From contig CADEED010000002.1 in the NCBI GenBank assembly GCA_902826225.1, positions 3,890-67,889 of the forward strand: a DNA stretch of 64,000 bases, written 5' to 3'. Numbering within the stretch: the stretch's first letter is position 1; every line of letters starts with the position of its first letter. A program made the translations under genes and the position numbers. Under the pieces are notes generated by a model. It saw only the letters and a list, made by a program, of their open reading frames with translations, was not told the origin of the DNA and did no database searches. The stretch comes from an uncultured Pseudomonadota bacterium. GTDB taxonomy: Bacteria; Pseudomonadota; Gammaproteobacteria; Steroidobacterales; Steroidobacteraceae. Shown here in pieces: positions 34,852 to 44,146 of the stretch.

Positions 34852-35781
34852 ATGAGTTTGAAGGTAGGCCTGCTCGGCGTGGGCAAGATCGCGCGCGATC
34901 AGCACATCCCGGCGCTGCGCGCCAATCGCAAGTTCGAGCTCGTCGCCTGCGCGAGCCGCAACGCCACGGTCGACGGCGTGGCCAACTACCCGGATCTCGT
35001 CGCGATGCTCGCGGGTTCGCCGCAGGTCGATTGCATCTCGATCTGTACCCCTCCCACGGCGCATTTCGACGCGGCGATGCTCGCCCTCAAGTCCGGCAAG
35101 CACGTGATGCTCGAAAAGCCGCCGACGTCGACCACGCGCCAGATCTCCCTGCTCGCGGACGAAGCAGTGCGCCGCAAGCGCACGTTGTTCCAGACCTGGC
35201 ACTCCCGGTTCGCGGCGAGCGTCGACGCGGCGCGCGACTGGTTGAGCGGGCGCAAGCTCGTCGCGGGTCGGATCGTCTGGAAGGAAGACGTGCATCACTG
35301 GCATCCGGGCCAGCAGTGGATCTTCGACGCGGGCGGCTTCGGCGTGTTCGATCCCGGCATCAATGCGTTGTCGGTGCTCACCGAGGTCCTGACGCACGAC
35401 GTCTGCGTCCAGGGCGCGTTGCTGGAATTCCCCGAGAACCAGCAGGCGCCGATCGCGGCGCGCGTGGATCTGCGCACGGCCGACGGCATCGCCATCGAGG
35501 CCGAGTTCGACTTCCGGCAAAAGGGCGAGCAGAGCTGGGACATCGAGCTCGCGACGACGACCGGTACGCTCGGACTATCGAATGGCGGCGCAACGCTCGC
35601 CATCGACGGCCGGACGCTCGCGAGCGACGCCGGACTCGCAGGCGAATACCCGCGGTTGTACGAGAAGTTTGCCGCGCTGTGCGCCACCGGCAAGTCGGAG
35701 GTGGACTGGCGCCCCTTCCAGCTCGTCGCGGATGCTTTCCTCATCGGCGAGCGGCGCATCGTCGCTCCGCATCACGTGTGA
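34852..35781 (+). CDS. Gfo/Idh/MocA oxidoreductase, D-galactose 1-dehydrogenase-like
   Basis: VGLLGVGKIARDQHIPAL...ICTPP...KHVMLEKPP...FQTWHSRFA resembles Pseudomonas galactose 1-dehydrogenase. Confidence 0.75.
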   Translation: MSLKVGLLGVGKIARDQHIPALRANRKFELVACASRNATVDGVANYPDLVAMLAGSPQVDCISICTPPTAHFDAAMLALKSGKHVMLEKPPTSTTRQISLLADEAVRRKRTLFQTWHSRFAASVDAARDWLSGRKLVAGRIVWKEDVHHWHPGQQWIFDAGGFGVFDPGINALSVLTEVLTHDVCVQGALLEFPENQQAPIAARVDLRTADGIAIEAEFDFRQKGEQSWDIELATTTGTLGLSNGGATLAIDGRTLASDAGLAGEYPRLYEKFAALCATGKSEVDWRPFQLVADAFLIGERRIVAPHHV

Positions 35782-36701
35782 ACGTGGAACTACCGGCGGC
35801 ATTCATCGCGGGCGACTGGGGCACGAGCAACCTCCGGCTGGCGCTGTGCGACGAGGACGGGAAGGTTCTCGAGTTGCGCCAGGGCCCCGGAGCGGCGGAA
35901 TCCCGCGGCAAGTTCGCCGAGGCGGTGGACGGCCTCAGCGCCGACTGGAGAGAGAAACATGGCCAGCTGCCGGTCTACCTGTGCGGGATGGTGGGCTCGG
36001 CCTTCGGCTGGATCGAGGCGCCCTACCTTGCGTGTCCCGCGGACGTCCACGAACTGACGGACGGCCTGGTGTCGCCGCGGGAGAACGTGCACATCGTCCC
36101 GGGCATGAAATGCACCAACCCGCTCGGCGCGCCCGACATGATGCGCGGCGAGGAAACCCAGCTCCTCGGTGCCGTGGTCGGCGGGATCGGTTCCGGCCGG
36201 ATCCTGGCGTGCATGCCCGGCACGCACACCAAATGGGTATCGCTGCACGGCAGCGTCGTCCAGGAAATCCTCACGGTGCCGACCGGCGAATTCTTCGCGC
36301 TGCTGTGCGAGCACAGCGTGCTCGTCCGCGACAAGACCACGCCCATCGAACATCGCGCCGTGGATTTCGAACGCGGTCTCGCAGAGGCGACGCGGCATCC
36401 GGAGATTCCCGTGCTCCACAAGATCTTCCAGGCGCGCAGCCTGCGGCTGGACCGGCAGTTGTCGCCGGAGGGTGCGGCATCGTGGATGTCGGGGCTGCTG
36501 ATCGGCGCGGACGTCGCCGGGGCGCTGCAACTTTTCGATGACCGACCGACGGTCCACGTCATCGGCACGCCGCAGCTGGTGAAGTCCTATTCGGCCGCGC
36601 TAGTGCTCGCCGGTTGCACGGCGCAAGCGATCGATGGCGAGACGACGGCTTTCGCGGGCCTCAGGTACCTGCATCGCGTACGGACAGGGAAAGACTCATG
36701 A
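35778..36701 (+). CDS. dgoK: 2-dehydro-3-deoxygalactonokinase
   Basis: GTG start overlapping the upstream stop. FIAGDWGTSNLRL...LCGMVGS..GW.EAPY...MRGEETQLLG are DgoK motifs. Confidence 0.85.
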   Translation: MNVELPAAFIAGDWGTSNLRLALCDEDGKVLELRQGPGAAESRGKFAEAVDGLSADWREKHGQLPVYLCGMVGSAFGWIEAPYLACPADVHELTDGLVSPRENVHIVPGMKCTNPLGAPDMMRGEETQLLGAVVGGIGSGRILACMPGTHTKWVSLHGSVVQEILTVPTGEFFALLCEHSVLVRDKTTPIEHRAVDFERGLAEATRHPEIPVLHKIFQARSLRLDRQLSPEGAASWMSGLLIGADVAGALQLFDDRPTVHVIGTPQLVKSYSAALVLAGCTAQAIDGETTAFAGLRYLHRVRTGKDS

Positions 36702-37303
36702 CACTCGAACTCGTCGCCATCCTCCGCGGCCTCACGCCGGAACGCGCGCCGGAAGTCGGCGCCACGCTCGTCGGCGCGGGGTTCCGCACGATCGAGGTGC
36801 CGCTGAACTCTCCCCGGCCGTTCGACACGATCGCCCTGCTCGCGCAGGCGCATGCCGATTGCCTCGTCGGCGCGGGTACCGTGCTGACCGTCTCCGAGGT
36901 AGATAGGGTGCATGCGGCCGGCGGCCGGCTCGTCGTCTCGCCGAACTGCGATGCGGCGGTGATCCGCCGCGGGCTCGAGAAAGGGATGCGCGTGTTGCCC
37001 GGCGTCGCCACGGCCACGGAGGCATTCGCGGCGATCGCCGCGGGTACCCGCGAGCTCAAGCTCTTCCCGGCGTCATCCTACGGCTCGGGACACCTGCGTG
37101 CGCTGAAGTCGGTGCTGCCGAAGGACGTGAAGGTTTATCCGGTCGGCGGCATTGGCTCGCAGGACATCGCCGAATGGCTTGCGGCCGGCGCCGACGGCTT
37201 CGGATTCGGCGGCGAATTGTTCAAACCCGCGTATACACTCGCGCAGATCGAAAGTCGGGCGCGGGAATTACAACTGACGGCGAGCAGCGCCGCACAACCG
37301 TAG
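36698..37303 (+). CDS. dgoA: 2-dehydro-3-deoxy-6-phosphogalactonate aldolase
   Basis: Start MTLELVAILRGLTP (Met29 of ORF 36614..37303) with ATGA overlap to dgoK. KDPG/KDPGal aldolase pattern ...EVPLNSP...GAGTVL...KLFPA. Confidence 0.85.
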   Translation: MTLELVAILRGLTPERAPEVGATLVGAGFRTIEVPLNSPRPFDTIALLAQAHADCLVGAGTVLTVSEVDRVHAAGGRLVVSPNCDAAVIRRGLEKGMRVLPGVATATEAFAAIAAGTRELKLFPASSYGSGHLRALKSVLPKDVKVYPVGGIGSQDIAEWLAAGADGFGFGGELFKPAYTLAQIESRARELQLTASSAAQP

Positions 37304-37312
37304 GGGGTCTAC

Positions 37313-38875
37313 GTGAATCTGGCTACAGTGGATATCGCGATCCTGGTGATCTATGCGATCGGCATCTTCCTGCTCGCGCAATGGGTGTCGCGCGAGAAAG
37401 GGACCCACGAGAAGAACGCACAGGACTACTTCCTCGCCTCGCGCGCGCTGCCGTGGTGGGCGATCGGCACATCACTGATCGCCGCCAACATCTCCGCGGA
37501 ACAGATCGTCGGCATGTCGGGCTCAGGCTACGTGATGGGCATGGCCATCGCGTCGTACGAATGGATGGCGGCACTCACGCTCATCGTCGTCGGCAAGTGG
37601 ATCCTGCCGGTGTTCCTCAAGAACGGCATCTACACGATGCCGGAGTTCCTCGAGAAGCGTTACAGCCCCGCAGTGCGCAACGTGATGGCCGTCTTCTGGC
37701 TCGCGTTGTACATCTTCGTGAACCTCACTTCGATCCTGTGGCTCGGCTCGCTGGCGGTGAACGCGATCGCAGGCGTGGACCTGCAGGTCGCAATCATCGC
37801 GCTCGGGCTGTTCGCCTTGCTGTACGCACTGTACGGCGGACTCAAGGCCGTCGCGCTCACCGATATCGTTCAGGTGTCGCTGCTGGTGCTCGGCGGCATC
37901 GTCATCACGTACATCTCGCTGGACAAGGTCAGCGACGGCCAGGGCGTGCTCGCCGGCTTCGACATCCTCACGGAGCGCTATCCCGAGAAGTTCGACATGA
38001 TCCTCTCGCCGGACAGCCCCCACTACAAGGATCTGCCGGGTCTCGCCGTGTTGTTAGGTGGCATGTGGATGATGAACGTCAGCTACTGGGGCTTCAATCA
38101 GTACATCATCCAGCGCGGTCTCGCGGCCAAGAGCGTGAACGAAGCGCAAAAGGGCATCGTGCTCGCGGCCTTCATCAAGCTGCTGATGCCGGCGATCATC
38201 GTGCTGCCCGGAATCGCGGCGCTGGTGCTGGTGCCCGGCCTCGAGAAGACGGACCAGGCGTATCCGAGCCTGATGGCGATGCTGCCGGTGGGCGTCAAGG
38301 GGTTGGTGTTCGCCGCGCTGGTCGCGGCGATCGTCGCGTCGACAGGATCGAAGATCAATTCGATCGCGACCATCGCCACGATGGATCTCTACCGCGCCTG
38401 GAGGCCGGACACCGCCCAGAAGCAGCTCGTGACCATCGGCCGTGTCGTGGCGGTGGCGTCGATCGTCATCGCGATCTTCATCACCAAGCCTTTCCTCAGC
38501 AATTTCGGACAGGGCTTCCAGTACATCCAGAACTTCACGGGCTTCGTGACGCCGGGCATCTGCGTGATCTTCCTGCTGGGCCTGTTCTGGGCGCGCACTA
38601 CGGCGACGGCGGCCATGGTCTCGATGCTGGCCACGGTGGTGTTGTCCTGGGTGTTCTACAAGTACCTGCCCGACTACCCGTTCATGAATCGAGTGGGCTG
38701 GTGTTTCGTCGCGGGCATCGTGATCGCGGTCGCGATCTCGCTGATGTCGCCGCGGAGGGAAGCGGCGATGCGCGTCGACATCACGAACGTCGACTTCAAG
38801 ACCGGCACGTTCTTCAACGTGGCCTCGGTGATCGTCGTCGCGGTCCTTGCGGTCCTCTACACCGTCTGGTGGTGA
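37313..38875 (+). CDS. sodium:solute symporter family transporter (SGLT-like sugar transporter by context)
   Basis: 520 aa, about 13-14 TM segments. N-terminus ...DYFLASRALPWWAIGTSLIAANISAEQIVGMSG is typical of the SSS family. Confidence 0.85.
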   Translation: MNLATVDIAILVIYAIGIFLLAQWVSREKGTHEKNAQDYFLASRALPWWAIGTSLIAANISAEQIVGMSGSGYVMGMAIASYEWMAALTLIVVGKWILPVFLKNGIYTMPEFLEKRYSPAVRNVMAVFWLALYIFVNLTSILWLGSLAVNAIAGVDLQVAIIALGLFALLYALYGGLKAVALTDIVQVSLLVLGGIVITYISLDKVSDGQGVLAGFDILTERYPEKFDMILSPDSPHYKDLPGLAVLLGGMWMMNVSYWGFNQYIIQRGLAAKSVNEAQKGIVLAAFIKLLMPAIIVLPGIAALVLVPGLEKTDQAYPSLMAMLPVGVKGLVFAALVAAIVASTGSKINSIATIATMDLYRAWRPDTAQKQLVTIGRVVAVASIVIAIFITKPFLSNFGQGFQYIQNFTGFVTPGICVIFLLGLFWARTTATAAMVSMLATVVLSWVFYKYLPDYPFMNRVGWCFVAGIVIAVAISLMSPRREAAMRVDITNVDFKTGTFFNVASVIVVAVLAVLYTVWW

Positions 38876-38906
38876 GGCTCGCGACGCTCGAGAGAGCGGG
38901 CGCTAA

Positions 38907-38942
38907 ACAAAAAGGCCCCGCGCTTTCGCGCGGGGCCTTTTC
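38907..38942. terminator. bidirectional rho-independent terminator
   Basis: AAAAA-GGCCCCGCGC-TTTC-GCGCGGGGCC-TTTT between convergent genes. Confidence 0.75.
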
Positions 38943-38957
38943 ACATCGAAGGACTTC

Positions 38958-39635
38958 TTACTTCGCCAGGCGGCGGCGACGGACCAGTCCGAGGCCGAGC
39001 AGCGCGGTGCCGAACAGCGCCAGGGTGCCGGGTTCCGGAACGCTGGCCGGCGGCATGTTCGCCACGTCGCCATCGCGGACTGCCCAGACGCGCAGGCCAC
39101 CGTCATTGATGTCGTCCACGTCCTGGAAGCCGAAGTGCCAATGGAAGTACCAGGCACCGCCCGGACGTTCCGTGGCCGTACCCGACCAGTAGCCGCGATA
39201 CGCCATGTTGATGAACGGGTTGTACAGGTCGCTCACCGGAGCCGGGTCGCTCGGCAGCGGGTTGTAGTTAAGCTGGTAGCCGAGGTTGATGTACCACATG
39301 TACGCCAGTTCGCTGGTGACACCGGCCGTGTCGTATCCCCTGGACGAACCGAGGTCGATGGTCGACGGCAGGCGCCAGTCGTCGTACGAAACGCCGCGAA
39401 CTTCGTCGTAGTACGAGAGCTGATCCGCCCAGGCGACACCGTCCGTGTAGTTGGTCTGCGGGAGCGCGGAATAGCCGGACGTCTGGATGTACGAGACATC
39501 CTGCAGCCAGGTGACGTTCAGGACGTCGTCATAAATGAGGCCGCCGCCACGGTCGATCAGCGCCGCGTTGGCGGTTCCGATGCCGAAGGCGCCGAGCGCG
39601 AGGGCGAGAAAAGAGGCTTTGCGATTCATGGTCAT
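38958..39635 (-). CDS. PEP-CTERM sorting domain protein with DUF1566/Lcl-like domain
   Basis: Start MTMNRKASFLALALGAFGIGTANA at 39635. DDWRLPS motif. C-terminal VPEPGTLALFGTALLGLGLVRRRR is a PEP-CTERM anchor. The longer ORF to 40682 overlaps ubiA and is not credible. Confidence 0.8.
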   Translation of the reverse strand: MTMNRKASFLALALGAFGIGTANAALIDRGGGLIYDDVLNVTWLQDVSYIQTSGYSALPQTNYTDGVAWADQLSYYDEVRGVSYDDWRLPSTIDLGSSRGYDTAGVTSELAYMWYINLGYQLNYNPLPSDPAPVSDLYNPFINMAYRGYWSGTATERPGGAWYFHWHFGFQDVDDINDGGLRVWAVRDGDVANMPPASVPEPGTLALFGTALLGLGLVRRRRLAK

Positions 39636-39904
39636 CCGATGGTCTGTGGTTACTGCGCACAATCTTCGTGGCAGGTACTGAAGCTCAAGCAATCTGCGTG
39701 CCAGTCTCCCGTAATGCGGGTCGGGGATGTCCCGATTCACCCCGGCTGACCCCCGAAGCGCGACCTGGGTCACGGTTTGGGGCCCGTCGGCCCGGTCTCG
39801 CGGACAATAAGTTTCATTATTGTCAGTGCGGGAACACCCAAGAGTCCGCAGCCAATTCCCGACCGTAAGCTTTCTCGACACCCTCCCGGAGGTGACGCGG
39901 GGGT

Positions 39905-40831
39905 TCAACGGCGGAAGGCGTACTCGAGCAGGATGCCGACGAACACCGCCAGCCCCACGTAGTGATTGTTCTGGAACGCGAGAAAACAGCTGAGCGGCTT
40001 GCGCTCCCGGATCTTCCACTGTTGCCACGCGAAGAATACCGCGGCACCGACGAGGCCGGCGTTGTACCAGTAGCCGAATTCCATGTTCGTGCCGACTAGA
40101 TAGAGGGCGAAGAGCATCAGCGCCTGCAGCAGGCCGATGATCAGCCTGTCCATGTCGCCGAACACGATCGCGCTCGACTTGATGCCGATCTTGAGGTCGT
40201 CCTCGCGGTCGACCATCGCGTACATCGTGTCGTAGATCGCCGCCCAGATGATGCCGGCGAAGAAGATGATCCATGCCACGCGCGGGATCACGCCGGTCTC
40301 GGCCATGAACACCATCGGCACGCCCCAGCTGAAGGCCACGCCCAGGTAGAACTGGGGCAGCGGGAAGAACCGCTTGAAGAACGGATAGGTCACGGCGAGC
40401 GCCGCGCCGATGACCGACATGCGGATCGTCTGTTCGTCGAGTTGCAGCACCAGTGCGAGCGCGCACCCGATCAGCACGAGGAACCACGCGACGGCTTCCC
40501 AGGGCGCGAGCCGGCGCGAGGCGATCGGCCGGTCGCGGGTTCGCTTCACGTACGGGTCGAAATCGCGGTCCGCGAGATCGTTCACGACGCAGCCGGCGGA
40601 CCGCATCGCGATCGTGCCGAGCACGAAGATCACGAGAATCTTGGGAGTGGGGTGCGCGGCGCCCGCGATCCACAAGGCCCACAACACGGGCCAGAGCAGC
40701 AGCCAGATGCCGATCGGCCGGTGCAGGCGCGCGACCTCGATGAGGTCGCGGATGCGGTTCTGGTAGCGGCGCAGCGTCAGCCGCGCGTCAGATGGCCGCG
40801 GAGTGAGGTCGAGTTCGAGCGAGGTGCCCAC
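39905..40831 (-). CDS. ubiA: 4-hydroxybenzoate octaprenyltransferase
   Basis: 308 aa; NDLADRDFD and YDTMYAMVDREDD prenyltransferase motifs. Confidence 0.9.
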   Translation of the reverse strand: MGTSLELDLTPRPSDARLTLRRYQNRIRDLIEVARLHRPIGIWLLLWPVLWALWIAGAAHPTPKILVIFVLGTIAMRSAGCVVNDLADRDFDPYVKRTRDRPIASRRLAPWEAVAWFLVLIGCALALVLQLDEQTIRMSVIGAALAVTYPFFKRFFPLPQFYLGVAFSWGVPMVFMAETGVIPRVAWIIFFAGIIWAAIYDTMYAMVDREDDLKIGIKSSAIVFGDMDRLIIGLLQALMLFALYLVGTNMEFGYWYNAGLVGAAVFFAWQQWKIRERKPLSCFLAFQNNHYVGLAVFVGILLEYAFRR

Positions 40832-40847
40832 GGGCTCGCATCATAGA

Positions 40848-41549
40848 TCACGAAGACCGCGGTGGATCGAACCCGATCGGAATGCGCACCTGCGCGGGCT
40901 GCGCCACGCCGTTCACTTCGTGAGGGCGGAAGAGGAATTTCTCGACCGCCGCGCGGGCGGCCGCGTCGAGACGCGCGAATCCGCTGGTTCGTTCCACCTG
41001 GACCTGAACCGGCTTGCCCGCGCTGTCCACGAGCACGAGCAGCACCACCGTGCCGTACTCACGCCGGCGCTGCGACTCCTTCGGAAACACGGGCGGCGAA
41101 GCGCGCACGTACTCGATGGACTCGACGATCGGCGGCACGTCGTTCGAGGCGACCACGGTCGCGGGCGTCTCCACCGGCTCTGGCAACGAGATCGTTTCGG
41201 TCTCGAAGCTCAACACCTGCGGTACCTCGAGCGAATACACGACCTCGACCGGCGGTGGTGTGTACTGCGGCGGTCTCTCGGGCGTCGCGGCAGGCGCGTC
41301 GAGGATCTCGGCGACGATCGGCTCGGGTGCGATCAGCGAGCCCTGGATTCGCTGCGCGCTGACGATCGTGAAGAAGGCGAGAACGTGGAGGGCAATCGTT
41401 CCGAGGACGAAGCCCGCGCGACCGCCGAGATGCGCACGAACGGACTTCGCGGCAACGGGACTCAGCGCGCGCAACGACTCGAGCGGCGGTCGAACGACCA
41501 CCGCATCGGGCATCTCGTTGGTGATCCGAACGGCCATGACGAGCGGCAA
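40848..41549 (-). CDS. TonB family energy transducer
   Basis: TM anchor, Pro-rich spacer (PERPPQYTPPPVE) and TonB C-terminal domain (YPKESQRRREYGTVVLLVLVDSAGKP...). Confidence 0.75.
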   Translation of the reverse strand: MPLVMAVRITNEMPDAVVVRPPLESLRALSPVAAKSVRAHLGGRAGFVLGTIALHVLAFFTIVSAQRIQGSLIAPEPIVAEILDAPAATPERPPQYTPPPVEVVYSLEVPQVLSFETETISLPEPVETPATVVASNDVPPIVESIEYVRASPPVFPKESQRRREYGTVVLLVLVDSAGKPVQVQVERTSGFARLDAAARAAVEKFLFRPHEVNGVAQPAQVRIPIGFDPPRSS

Positions 41550-41616
41550 ATGTAAATGATTCGCATTTGGAGCTCAACGTCGATTCTTCTCTATGCCGGC
41601 GACGCACCTCTCGAAT

Positions 41617-43740
41617 TCAGCCAACGCGGCCGTACCGCTCCCCGTGGACGATCCACCGGCGGGTCAAAGCGACGACAGTATCCGGGTTATGTTTCAGCAG
41701 AGCATCTGCCGCAGCCTGAACGGCGGGAAGCAGATCTGAGTCGCGCATGAGATCGGCGACGCGCATCTCGGCTAGGCCTGTCTGCCGCGTGCCCAGCAGC
41801 TCGCCGGGACCACGCAGCTCGAGATCGCGCCGCGCGATCACGAACCCGTCGTTGGTCTCTCGAATCGCCCTGAGCCGCTCGCGCGCCATCTCGCTCAAAG
41901 GCTCGCCGTAGAGGAGCACGCAGTCGCTGCCGTGCGCGCCGCGGCCGACCCGGCCGCGCAGCTGGTGCAGCTGCGCGAGCCCCATGCGTTCGGCGTTCTC
42001 GATCACCATGAGCGTGGCGTTCGGCACGTCGACGCCGACCTCGATGACAGTCGTCGCGACCAGCAAACCGATGCGCCCATCCTTGAACGCGTACATCCCG
42101 CGTTCCTTCTCCTTCGCAGGCATGCGTCCATGCACGATTCCGACCTGCACGTCGGGCAGCGCCTCGGCGAGTGCCTGCGCGGTCTCCTCCGCGGCCTGGT
42201 AGCGCAACTCCTCCGACTCCTCGATGAGCGGACACACCCAATACGCCTGGCGACCTTCCGCGATCTTCGCGTGCACGCGAGCGACGATCTCGCTGCGCCG
42301 GGACTGCGGAAACACCGTCGTGCGGACGGGCGTGCGGCCGGGCGGCAACTCGTCGATCACGGAGACGTCCAGGTCGGCGTACGCCGTCATCGCGAGCGTT
42401 CGCGGAATCGGTGTGGCCGTCATGATGAGCTGATGCGGGAACTTCCCGGCGCGCGCGCCCTTCTCGCGCAGAGACAACCGTTGTTGGACCCCGAATCGAT
42501 GCTGCTCGTCGACGATGACGAGACCCAGCCGCGCGAAGTCCACGCTTTCCTGAAACAGAGCGTGGGTACCGATGACGACCTTGATGTCGCCGTTCGCAAT
42601 GGATTCGAGCGCGCTGCGGCGGGCGCGCGCGGGCAGAGAGCCCGTCACGAGCGCCACCGGTATGCCGAGCGGCCGAAACCAGCCTTCGAAGTTCTTCGCG
42701 TGCTGCTCGGCGAGCAGTTCCGTCGGCGCCATCAAGGCCGCCTGCAGCCCAGAGCCCACCGCGCGCGCCGCCGCCGCCGCCGCGACGACGGTCTTTCCGC
42801 AGCCCACGTCGCCCTGGACGAGTCTCACCATCGGGCGGTCGGCGACGAGGTCGCGATCGACTTCCGCCAGCGCGCGCGTCTGCGCGCCGGTCAGCGCGAA
42901 CGGCAGTGAATCCAGCAGCTTCGGCTCGACTCCCGCGGCATCGCGCAGCGGCTCGGCGGGATCGGACTTGATGACCTGGCGGATCTGCAGCAGCGAGAGC
43001 TGATGCGCCAGCAATTCTTCGAACGCGAGCCGGCGCTGCGCGGGATGACGTCCCGAGAGCAGCTCGCCCAGATCCGCGTCTCGCGGCGGCCGATGCATCA
43101 TCGTGAGCGCCTCGACGAGCGAGGGCAGTTCGAGCCTGGCGAGCATGTCGGCGGGAATCCAGTCGCGCACGCCCGCGCGGGCCGTCGCACCGTCCAGCAG
43201 GGATCGCATCGCCAGTTCGATGAGCGCGCGCAGCCGCGTCTGAGGCACGCCTTCCGTGGTGGGGTAGATAGGCGTGAGAACCTCGTCGAGCGGCTCCGCT
43301 TCCGAACCGGGTGCGCCGATGAAACGGTACTCCGGGTGGACGATCTCGAGCCCCAGCGGCCCGCGGCGAACTTCGCCGAAGCAACGCAGCCGCGTGCCGC
43401 GCTTGAGGCCGGCCTGCTGCGCGGCCGAGAAGTAGAAGAAGCGCAGCGTCAGTGAACCCGTGCCGTCGGCGATGCGGCACAGGAGCTGACGCCGCCGCCG
43501 GTACGCGACCTCGGCGAGCTGGATCTCGCCCTCGACCACCGCGCGCACGCCGTGACGCAGCGTTCCGATTCCGGATACGTGAGTGCGGTCCTCGTAACGA
43601 GAAGGCAGCACGAAAAGCAGGTCCTGCACCTGCGTGACGCCGAGCTTCGCGAGTTTCTCAGCGAGCGCGGGACCGACGCCGCGCAGCGTCGCGACGGAGC
43701 GCTGCTCCGGTGGATCCGGTTGTGGCGCTGGGGCGGACAA
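41617..43740 (-). CDS. recG: ATP-dependent DNA helicase RecG
   Basis: 707 aa; wedge domain plus GDVGCGKT Walker A, DEQHRFGV and helicase C motifs. Confidence 0.93.
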   Translation of the reverse strand: MSAPAPQPDPPEQRSVATLRGVGPALAEKLAKLGVTQVQDLLFVLPSRYEDRTHVSGIGTLRHGVRAVVEGEIQLAEVAYRRRRQLLCRIADGTGSLTLRFFYFSAAQQAGLKRGTRLRCFGEVRRGPLGLEIVHPEYRFIGAPGSEAEPLDEVLTPIYPTTEGVPQTRLRALIELAMRSLLDGATARAGVRDWIPADMLARLELPSLVEALTMMHRPPRDADLGELLSGRHPAQRRLAFEELLAHQLSLLQIRQVIKSDPAEPLRDAAGVEPKLLDSLPFALTGAQTRALAEVDRDLVADRPMVRLVQGDVGCGKTVVAAAAAARAVGSGLQAALMAPTELLAEQHAKNFEGWFRPLGIPVALVTGSLPARARRSALESIANGDIKVVIGTHALFQESVDFARLGLVIVDEQHRFGVQQRLSLREKGARAGKFPHQLIMTATPIPRTLAMTAYADLDVSVIDELPPGRTPVRTTVFPQSRRSEIVARVHAKIAEGRQAYWVCPLIEESEELRYQAAEETAQALAEALPDVQVGIVHGRMPAKEKERGMYAFKDGRIGLLVATTVIEVGVDVPNATLMVIENAERMGLAQLHQLRGRVGRGAHGSDCVLLYGEPLSEMARERLRAIRETNDGFVIARRDLELRGPGELLGTRQTGLAEMRVADLMRDSDLLPAVQAAADALLKHNPDTVVALTRRWIVHGERYGRVG

Positions 43741-44130
43741 TCAACCCAGGTGGAGCGTGCACTCGATCTCGACGCGCGCATTCTTCGGCAGTGCCGCCAC
43801 CGCGACGGTCGTGCGCGGCGGATACGGCTCCTTGAAGTACTGCTGCATCACCTCGTTCACCTGCGCGAAGTTCGCGAAGTCGGTGAGGAAGATGCGCACC
43901 ATCACGACGTGCGCGAATGTGCCGCCCGCTGCGGCGATCACCGCCTTGATGTTCTCGAACACCCGGCGCGCTTCCTTCTCGAAGTCGCCTTCGACCATCT
44001 GCATCGTGACGGGGTCGAGCGGGATCTGTCCCGCCATGAACACCAAGTCGCCGACGCGCATGGCCTGTGAATACGGACCAATGGCCTTCGGGGCCTGATC
44101 GCTGTGGATGATCTGGCGGGCAACCGGCAT
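43741..44130 (-). CDS. ridA: RidA/YjgF family reactive intermediate deaminase
   Basis: Start MPVARQIIHSDQAPKAIGPYSQA (Met57 of ORF 43741..44298); 129 aa. Confidence 0.88.
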   Translation of the reverse strand: MPVARQIIHSDQAPKAIGPYSQAMRVGDLVFMAGQIPLDPVTMQMVEGDFEKEARRVFENIKAVIAAAGGTFAHVVMVRIFLTDFANFAQVNEVMQQYFKEPYPPRTTVAVAALPKNARVEIECTLHLG

Positions 44131-44146
44131 GGCTGGATTCCTGTGG

